DNA of 38,670 nt. Source: Candidatus Nomurabacteria bacterium. Its GTDB lineage: Bacteria > Patescibacteriota > Minisyncoccia > Phycocordibacterales > UBA9973. Made by a program: the position numbers and the translations under genes. How positions within the stretch are numbered: position 1 is the first letter of the stretch; every line of letters starts with the position of its first letter. Positions 32,584 through 38,670 of the stretch are shown one piece after another. Location of the stretch: positions 1 to 38,670 of the forward strand of contig JAHFNN010000008.1 in assembly GCA_023267315.1 (NCBI GenBank), written 5' to 3'. The notes under the pieces are model-generated. The model saw only the letters and a list, made by a program, of their open reading frames with translations. It made no database searches and was not told the DNA's origin.

Positions 32584-34968
32584 ATGGCTAAGGAAAAAAC
32601 CTCAAAAAATAAGCGATTAGTCTTGCTTGATTCTCACGCAATTATTCATCGGGCGTACCATGCCTTGCCGGACTTCATGTCTTCCAAAGGCGAGCCCACA
32701 GGGGCACTCTATGGCCTTTCAACGATGCTCATGAAGATTATTACCGATCTGAAGCCAGATTACATTGTGGCCTGTTATGATCTTCCACAGAAGACCTTTC
32801 GGCATGAGACATATGAAGGGTATAAAGCGGGTCGTGTAAAAGCTGACCCTGCGTTAGTGACTCAACTACAAACATCTCGCAAAATATTTGAAGTTTTTAA
32901 TATTCCGATTTATGACGCTCCTGGATTTGAAGCCGACGATATTTTGGGTACCATCGTTTCCAAGCTTTCAAAAGATAAAAGTACCGATATTGTCATTGCC
33001 TCAGGTGATATGGATACGCTCCAGCTTGTTGATAATAAGAAAGTCCAAGTATTCACATTAAAAAAAGGATTGAATGATACTGTCACATATGATGAAGAGG
33101 CTGTAGTTGCGCGGTTTGGTTTCAAGCCAGAATTTTTACCAGACTACAAAGGGCTTCGTGGGGATCCATCTGATAACATTATTGGCATCAAAGGTATTGG
33201 AGAAAAAACAGCAAGCATTTTAATTACAGAATTTGGTACGATCGAAAATTTATACAAAGCACTCAAGAAAGACAAAACACAATTTAAAAAATTGGGTATC
33301 ACTGATCGTATTGTGGGGCTTTTGGAGGAAGGGGAAGAGGAGGCACTCTTTTCAAAAACTCTAGCAACGATTCGTCGTGATGCGCCCATTGATTTTGTAT
33401 TACCCTCGAAAGAATTTCTTGAGAGTTTGGATATTAATAAAATTGAAACGCTTTTTACGGAATTAGAATTTCGAAGTTTGGGTGGCCGCCTCCGTGCGCT
33501 TCTCGGGAATAACACTACGGCAGCTATCCCTGAAATTCCTCATGAGAAAAATGATCCAATGGAGGTTAAGAAATTAGCGCTTGGTCTTTCAGTATTGAAT
33601 TCTGAAATGAGCAATCCGACAGAAGAAGACATTATTCATTTTGGCGGATCAAAGACTTTTGAAGAAGCGAAGAAAAAAATACTTGCGGAAATCAAAGAAA
33701 AAAATCTCTCATATGTGTATGAAGATATCGAGCTCGCAATATTGCCTATCATAGAATCAATGCAAAACTATGGAGTAAAAGTTGATGTTGCGTATTTAAA
33801 GAAACTCTCAACAGATTACCATCGAGAGCTTTCACTACTTGAGAAAAAAATATGGGATTTTGCTGGTAGGGAATTTAACGTTAATTCACCAAAACAATTG
33901 GGCGAGATCCTATTTGATGAAATGAAACTTTTGCCTGAAACCGGTACTCGAATGAAAAAGACAGCAGGTGGCGCACGGAGCACCAAAGAAAGCGAACTTG
34001 AGAAATTGCGCGGAGCACATCCGATTGTTGATGAACTCTTTAAGTATCGAGAACTGCAAAAACTGCTTTCGACGTATATAGATACTCTGCCAGAGCTCGT
34101 TGATGAGCATGGCCGAATCCATGCGAAGTTCAATCAGATTGGTGCGGCAACAGGACGATTTTCTTCACAAGATCCAAACCTCCAAAATATTCCAATTAAA
34201 AGTGAACTCGGTAAGAAAATTCGAGATGCTTTTGTGGCAGAAAAAGGATATAAACTTATCTCGTTTGATTACTCGCAAATCGAATTACGTGTTGCGGCGC
34301 TCATGTCTGGTGATGAATATTTGATTCGAGTGTTTGAAGAAGGGAAGGACGTGCACTCAGCCGTTGCTTCAAGAGTCTTTGGTGTGCCAGAGGACAAGGT
34401 GACACATGAAATGCGACGTCGTGCGAAAGTGATCAATTTCGGTATTCTCTATGGTATGGGCGTGACAGCGCTCCAACAAAATCTTGGTACAAATCGAAAA
34501 GAGGCTCAAGAGTTCTATGATAATTATTTTATACAATTTCCATCTATCTCCGGGTATCTTGAGGGGGAAATTGCCTTTGCTAAAAAACATGGCTACACGG
34601 AAACGCTTTTTGGCCGTCGCAGGTACTTCCCTGGGCTTCGCTCACCACTGCCATATATCCGTGCGATGGCTGAGCGCATGGCCATCAATGCGCCACTACA
34701 GGGTACCGCAGCTGATTGTATCAAGATTGCCATCCGTGAAGCTGATCAGGCTCTTCGCAATGAGCGCTTAATCGATAAGGCTCACCTGATTCTTCAGGTT
34801 CATGATGAATTGGTTTTTGAAGTCGAGGAATCTGTATTGCCACAGGTGTCGGTATTAGTTGAAAATGTAATGAAAAATGTCCTTCCTCGTGAATTTTTGA
34901 AAAACAAAAAACCAGTTCCGCTTGAGGTGCATGTGTCAGCGGGGGATAACTGGGGTGAATTAAAATAG
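32584..34968 (+). CDS. polA: DNA polymerase I (5'-3' exonuclease plus polymerase; the 3'-5' exonuclease region is vestigial)
   Basis: The 5' nuclease contains LLDSHAIIHRAYHA, GFEADDILGT and GIKGIGEKTA. Polymerase motif A is SFDYSQIELRV, motif B is RRRAKVINFGILYGM and motif C is LQVHDELVFE. Only ~120 aa lie between the nuclease and polymerase parts. Confidence 0.95.
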   Translation: MAKEKTSKNKRLVLLDSHAIIHRAYHALPDFMSSKGEPTGALYGLSTMLMKIITDLKPDYIVACYDLPQKTFRHETYEGYKAGRVKADPALVTQLQTSRKIFEVFNIPIYDAPGFEADDILGTIVSKLSKDKSTDIVIASGDMDTLQLVDNKKVQVFTLKKGLNDTVTYDEEAVVARFGFKPEFLPDYKGLRGDPSDNIIGIKGIGEKTASILITEFGTIENLYKALKKDKTQFKKLGITDRIVGLLEEGEEEALFSKTLATIRRDAPIDFVLPSKEFLESLDINKIETLFTELEFRSLGGRLRALLGNNTTAAIPEIPHEKNDPMEVKKLALGLSVLNSEMSNPTEEDIIHFGGSKTFEEAKKKILAEIKEKNLSYVYEDIELAILPIIESMQNYGVKVDVAYLKKLSTDYHRELSLLEKKIWDFAGREFNVNSPKQLGEILFDEMKLLPETGTRMKKTAGGARSTKESELEKLRGAHPIVDELFKYRELQKLLSTYIDTLPELVDEHGRIHAKFNQIGAATGRFSSQDPNLQNIPIKSELGKKIRDAFVAEKGYKLISFDYSQIELRVAALMSGDEYLIRVFEEGKDVHSAVASRVFGVPEDKVTHEMRRRAKVINFGILYGMGVTALQQNLGTNRKEAQEFYDNYFIQFPSISGYLEGEIAFAKKHGYTETLFGRRRYFPGLRSPLPYIRAMAERMAINAPLQGTAADCIKIAIREADQALRNERLIDKAHLILQVHDELVFEVEESVLPQVSVLVENVMKNVLPREFLKNKKPVPLEVHVSAGDNWGELK

Positions 34969-35003
34969 TTGCTTTTGTTAGCTAAATGCATACAATAAAA
35001 AAC

Positions 35004-35513
35004 ATGGAACAAACTAATCCTACGGACGGACAAAAAACACATACTAAATTCGATGACTTCAGAGTGCATCACGTACTCGCATATTCTTATAGTGTGTATT
35101 TCACAGCGCTTATTGTAGGGCTCCTTGCTGATATGGTAATTAAGGTGCCACATGGAATACCGTTCTCACCATTTGTTGGATTCATCTTCCTTCTTTTGGG
35201 AACTGTATTTGTCGTCTGGGCTCAGAGCACTTCACAAAAAACACACAAACCACGAACACAGGAATCAACACTTTCAATGAGTCAGTTTGCGCAAGGTCCA
35301 TATGTGATCTCGCGCAGTCCAACACATGTCGGATTATTTTTTCTTCTTTTTGGGTTAGGACTCCTTATGAATTCTCTCATTATTTTATTGGTTGCAATAC
35401 TTGCACTCTTTTTGACACGATTTATTTTTATTACAAAAGAAGAAAAGCTATTGGAAGAAAAATACGGGCAACACTATTTGGAATATAAAAATTCTAAAAA
35501 GTTCTGGCTCTAA
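35004..35513 (+). CDS. ICMT/PEMT-like membrane methyltransferase family protein
   Basis: A multi-TM protein containing GPYVISRSPTHVGLFFLLFGLGL, similar to the isoprenylcysteine carboxyl methyltransferase-like family motif. ATG 35004 is preferred, because TACAAT 34991-34996 lies 7 nt upstream of it. Confidence 0.6.
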   Translation: MEQTNPTDGQKTHTKFDDFRVHHVLAYSYSVYFTALIVGLLADMVIKVPHGIPFSPFVGFIFLLLGTVFVVWAQSTSQKTHKPRTQESTLSMSQFAQGPYVISRSPTHVGLFFLLFGLGLLMNSLIILLVAILALFLTRFIFITKEEKLLEEKYGQHYLEYKNSKKFWL

Positions 35514-35534
35514 TATATGTAGCTCTATCCCTGT

Positions 35535-36254
35535 ATGCTTTATCTCATCTACGGTTCGGATCAACAAAAAAGAAAACAGCAGTACGAAAAAATTCTCAGT
35601 GATCTTTCGCGCACCATGAATACTGGTGCACCTCTTCGTATGGATGCATCATCGTTTGATCAGGCGGTCATAGAAGAGTATGCACGCGGAACTAAATTAT
35701 TTTCTGGAACCTCAGTTTTTATTATTGATGCGGTTATTAAGAACGAAGAAATTTTTTCATTTCTTTCTAAACTATTACCCGCATGTGTTGCTTCAGATTC
35801 AGCGTTCATATTTCTTGAAGAGAAGGTGAACAAAGACGTCATAGAAAAATTTAAGAAAGCGAAAGTGGTGATTCTTGAAGAAGCTGTCCAGAGGGCTGAT
35901 AAAAAAATGGCGTTCAATATTTTTACACTCGCTGATGCTTTTGGATCTCGTGATAAAAAAAATGCATGGGTCTTGTATGAACGAGCACAAATTGAAAATC
36001 TAAGCCCAGAAGAAATTCATGGTGTTTTATTTTGGCAAGTAAAAAATATTTTGATTGCAAAAAAAGATGGTAGTGCTGGCGGGGGAGGAATGAGCCCGTT
36101 CGCATATTCAAAAGCAAAAACGTTTGCGAAGAATTTTGAAGTGGATGAGCTTGAACGAATTTCAAAAAATCTTATCAGTATAAGTCACGAAGCACATCGG
36201 GGATTGCGCGACTTTGCGGTATCACTTGAAGAGCTTATTCTCACTGAGCTTTAA
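35535..36254 (+). CDS. holA: DNA polymerase III delta subunit-like (HolA), short form
   Basis: The N-terminus is MLYLIYGSDQQKRKQQYEKI. It also has ...FTLADAFGSRDKKNAWVLYERAQIENLSPEEIHGVLFWQVKNI, typical of delta subunit domain III. This assignment rests on my recollection of the family pattern. Confidence 0.55.
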   Translation: MLYLIYGSDQQKRKQQYEKILSDLSRTMNTGAPLRMDASSFDQAVIEEYARGTKLFSGTSVFIIDAVIKNEEIFSFLSKLLPACVASDSAFIFLEEKVNKDVIEKFKKAKVVILEEAVQRADKKMAFNIFTLADAFGSRDKKNAWVLYERAQIENLSPEEIHGVLFWQVKNILIAKKDGSAGGGGMSPFAYSKAKTFAKNFEVDELERISKNLISISHEAHRGLRDFAVSLEELILTEL

Positions 36255-36275
36255 ACTGAAAATAATAGGAAATAA

Positions 36276-36329
36276 AAAAGAGCCTTCGTTTCGGTGCGCA
36301 CACTGTGTGCAACAAAACGAAGGCTCTTT
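36276..36329 (-). terminator. Strong compound hairpin whose U-tract lies on the minus strand
   Basis: AGAGCCTTCGTTT (36279-36291) pairs with AAACGAAGGCTCT (36315-36327). The inner hairpin is GCACA-CTG-TGTGC. On the minus strand the stem is followed by TTTTTTATTT. On the plus strand only TTTG follows. Confidence 0.5.
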
Positions 36330-36587
36330 GACCTTGTAGAGAGGTACATTCCAAACACCATTGTTTGGATAAATAACAGAAGGAACGAAATTAATAATTT
36401 TTTCGTATAAACTTTTTCGATGAATTTTGTGGCCCTAAGCGGGTCGCCTCAAAAAGCATATAACAATTATTCTGGTATGTATTATAGTGCTATTCAATCA
36501 ATCTGTCGCGACTTTCGTGTGGATAACTTAATTATTTTCTGAAATAGCTTTCCTGTGTAAGGGTAAAATACGTATCAGTACATAAAC

Positions 36588-36612
36588 AAAAAAAGCACCT
36601 CAGTGCTTTTTT
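36588..36612. terminator. Bidirectional terminator downstream of tRNA-Lys
   Basis: AAAAAAAGCAC-CTCA-GTGCTTTTTT. Confidence 0.6.
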
Positions 36613-36616
36613 CTAG

Positions 36617-36689
36617 TCCGCCCGGCAGGAATCGAACCTGCGACCCTCTCCTTAAAAGGGAGCTGCTCTACCGACTGAGCTACGGGCGG
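36617..36689 (-). tRNA. tRNA-Lys (anticodon UUU); CCA not encoded
   Basis: The reverse complement is CCGCCCG-TA-GCTC-AGTCGGTA-GAGC-A-GCTCC-CTTTTAA-GGAGA-GGGTC-GCAGG-TTCGATT-CCTGC-CGGGCGG-A. This gives a full cloverleaf with a T-loop TTCGATT and anticodon TTT. Confidence 0.93.
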
Positions 36690-36765
36690 GAAATGTTTTG
36701 AAGAGACGTCCTCAAAATATGGTACACTCAAAAATACCATACTAAACCATAAAAATCAATTCTTT

Positions 36766-37242
36766 ATGAAACAGCGACAATCGATTCTTATTCTTGATAA
36801 TGTGCGGAGCGTCTACAATGTTGGCGCTATTTTTAGAACCGCTGAAGCTGCTGGTATTTCAAAAATATATCTCATCGGATACACACCGACACCAGTGGAT
36901 CGATTTGGTCGTGAACGTGGTGATGTTGCAAAAGCAGCGCTCGGCGCACAAAAAATGATTCAGTGGGAAAAGAAAGAAAAAAGTATTCCATTGATTCGCG
37001 CACTTCAGAAAGACGGATTTACGGTCATTGCAATCGAGCAAGATAAAAAATCTGTTGACTACAAAAAAGTAAAACCAAAATTAAAGACCGCGTTCATTTT
37101 AGGCAATGAAGTAAGCGGTCTTTCAAAAACAGTACTTGATGAGGTTGATGTAATTTCAGAAATTCCAATGCAGGGAAGAAAGGAATCTCTCAATGTTTCA
37201 GTTTCAACTGGAATTGCTATTTTTCGAATCTTGAATATTTAA
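36766..37242 (+). CDS. SpoU/TrmH-family RNA 2'-O-methyltransferase
   Basis: The SPOUT motifs are LDNVRSVYNVGAIFRTAEAAG, ILGNEVSGLS and IPMQGRKESLNVSVSTGIAIF. Confidence 0.85.
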   Translation: MKQRQSILILDNVRSVYNVGAIFRTAEAAGISKIYLIGYTPTPVDRFGRERGDVAKAALGAQKMIQWEKKEKSIPLIRALQKDGFTVIAIEQDKKSVDYKKVKPKLKTAFILGNEVSGLSKTVLDEVDVISEIPMQGRKESLNVSVSTGIAIFRILNI

Positions 37243-37246
37243 TATT

Positions 37247-37810
37247 CTATTCAAATCGAATACTTCGAAACATTGTCACTGCGTCTATTTCTTGTTCACG
37301 AGTTAAATTAATTCCGGTGATGAGTAGTTTATTTCCGTTTGAAAGATTTGGAAAGTACACTCCAGTTGTTGTGCCATTTTTATCTCGTGGTACAACAATG
37401 ATGGCATTTTTCCCATCGATCGTTTCGTTGCGAACCATTGTGTGTGGATCAGTGCCATCACCTAATGTATTTGCAAATACTCCATATTGGAAAAATAAAT
37501 TTGTGGTGCCGTCAGTAAGCTGGCCGAGGTATAAGTTATTACTGAAAATTTTCACAAAATGCCACTCCAGCGGAATCATAATACTGAAATATTGTGTTTC
37601 TGTTTTTTTCCAATTTACTGGTGTTGGTGGTGTAGCGATTGTTCCATCCGGTCCATAAATTTCACCAGTATCGAGTGGTGCTGGTGGTTTGATAAATGGG
37701 CCACCGGTTCTTCCACTTTCTGCACCACCCATAAAAAACCAGATAAGCCAAATGACGGCGAGAATGCCGACGAGCCACTTAAAATGTCCTCCTGCTGTTG
37801 TTGGTCCCAT
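37247..37810 (-). CDS. N-terminally membrane-anchored hypothetical protein
   Basis: The TM helix is WLVGILAVIWLIWFFM, followed by a ~150-aa ectodomain. No motif was recognised. Confidence 0.5.
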   Translation of the reverse strand: MGPTTAGGHFKWLVGILAVIWLIWFFMGGAESGRTGGPFIKPPAPLDTGEIYGPDGTIATPPTPVNWKKTETQYFSIMIPLEWHFVKIFSNNLYLGQLTDGTTNLFFQYGVFANTLGDGTDPHTMVRNETIDGKNAIIVVPRDKNGTTTGVYFPNLSNGNKLLITGINLTREQEIDAVTMFRSIRFE

Positions 37811-37875
37811 ACAATTTAAAAATAATTTTTAATAAATAAATTTTAATTTTGGCAGTGTTTTATACGCAATTATTT

Positions 37876-38670
37876 TTATAGTTTTTGATGCTCTGAACAA
37901 AAATGTGCACTGCGTCCGCCAACCATCTTTCGTAGTATAACACCCTTGCAGCCGGGCTTGCCACATACTTCTCCTGTTCTTCTGTATACGTTATGGTGGT
38001 GGTGAAATTCACCACGAACGCCGTGGATGTTGCGGTAATCACTTGTTGAGTCTCCACCGAAATCGATTCCTTTTGAGAGTGTCGCTTTCATGGCGTCAAA
38101 CATTGCATCAAATTTTATTAGAGAGATATTTTTCACGCGTTCTTCGGGGTGAATACCAGAAATCCAAAGAATCTCATCGGAATAGATATTCCCGACACCA
38201 GCAATAATACTCTGATCCATAAGCACCTGTTTTATTTTTCCGGTTGGTTTTTGAGAAAGTCGTTCCATCATCTTTTGTTTGGTGAAGAGTGGGTCGAGTG
38301 GCTCAGGACCCATACCTATGAGGTGTGTACTTTGAGCGAGTTCTTTTGTTGGTACGAGTGTTATCTTTCCAAATTTGCGTGAATCACAGAATACGAGGTG
38401 GCGTATTGAATCATTGAAGGGAAGTGCGGGGTCGTTTAATGTAAATACAACGTGGATGAACCGATTGAATGGATCACGCAATGCTTCGTTTTTTTCTTCG
38501 GTATGTGGTACCCATTTGTTTTTTGTTGCATCGTAATCATAGCGACCGAACAGTAAGTGTCCGGTCATTTTCATATGTATGAGAATCGTGACGTCTTTTT
38601 CGAGGTGGATCAAGATGTTTTTCCCTCGACGGCTCACGTCGAGGATTCGCTTACCTACAACCTTATCCTT
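37876..38670 (-). CDS. mutM: Formamidopyrimidine-DNA glycosylase (Fpg/MutM); N-terminus lies right of the window
   Basis: The frame stays open to nt 38670 (KDKVVGKRILDVSRRGKN...), so the track start is an internal GTG. It has the H2TH region QSIIAGVGNIYSDEILW and a C-terminal zinc finger CGKPGCKGVILRKMVGGRSAHFCSEHQ. Confidence 0.9.
   Translation of the reverse strand, partial: KDKVVGKRILDVSRRGKNILIHLEKDVTILIHMKMTGHLLFGRYDYDATKNKWVPHTEEKNEALRDPFNRFIHVVFTLNDPALPFNDSIRHLVFCDSRKFGKITLVPTKELAQSTHLIGMGPEPLDPLFTKQKMMERLSQKPTGKIKQVLMDQSIIAGVGNIYSDEILWISGIHPEERVKNISLIKFDAMFDAMKATLSKGIDFGGDSTSDYRNIHGVRGEFHHHHNVYRRTGEVCGKPGCKGVILRKMVGGRSAHFCSEHQKL

Noticed and set aside
36518-36526. Second replication origin suggested by a perfect TTATCCACA box
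   Set aside because: It is a single isolated box with no cluster or adjacent AT-rich unwinding element. It is recorded only as a possible regulatory site.

Overview
This is a low-GC bacterial chromosomal segment that spans the replication origin. rpmH-rnpA-yidD-yidC-jag lie on the minus strand and diverge from dnaA-dnaN, with DnaA-box clusters on both sides of dnaA. Housekeeping genes fill the middle and right: a class A PBP, tyrS, ruvC, yebC, ruvB, pilB-type ATPase, tsaE, polA, holA-like, tRNA-Lys, a SpoU/TrmH methyltransferase and a partial mutM. The standard genetic code applies, since TGA terminates dnaA. Several features suggest a Patescibacteria/CPR-like or similarly streamlined organism, by inference only. 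These are compact protein versions (YebC 179 aa, HolA-like 239 aa, PolA without a recognisable proofreading domain), almost no Shine-Dalgarno sequences, a double-TM 'T4SS pilin' motif and a lone PilB. The most interesting part is the left 12.5 kb. It holds nine co-directional genes that form a minimal, Gram-positive-style type IV secretion-like apparatus. The recognisable parts are a VirB6-like polytopic protein, a PrgI/VirB3-like protein, a VirB4 that appears split into two ORFs, and a pilin motif embedded in a 539-aa secreted fusion protein. Five secreted or membrane proteins in the cluster cannot be classified. No relaxase, coupling protein, VirB11 or integrase is visible, and the cluster sits directly beside the origin-proximal core genes. 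Other notable items: (a) an ORF-free transcription unit at about 25.0-25.4 kb, with a near-consensus promoter, a 25-bp long-range stem whose G-U pairs fit only the plus strand, and a terminator; (b) two secreted proteins downstream of pilB, each behind a near-consensus sigma-70 promoter, one with a 330-aa basic N/Q/G-rich disordered tail and one an 830-aa repeat adhesin; (c) a 55-aa extremely acidic ORF missed by the ORF track; (d) a recurrent -10 element 6-7 nt upstream of ATG start codons, suggesting leaderless mRNAs. No CRISPR array, transposase, integrase or rRNA was seen.
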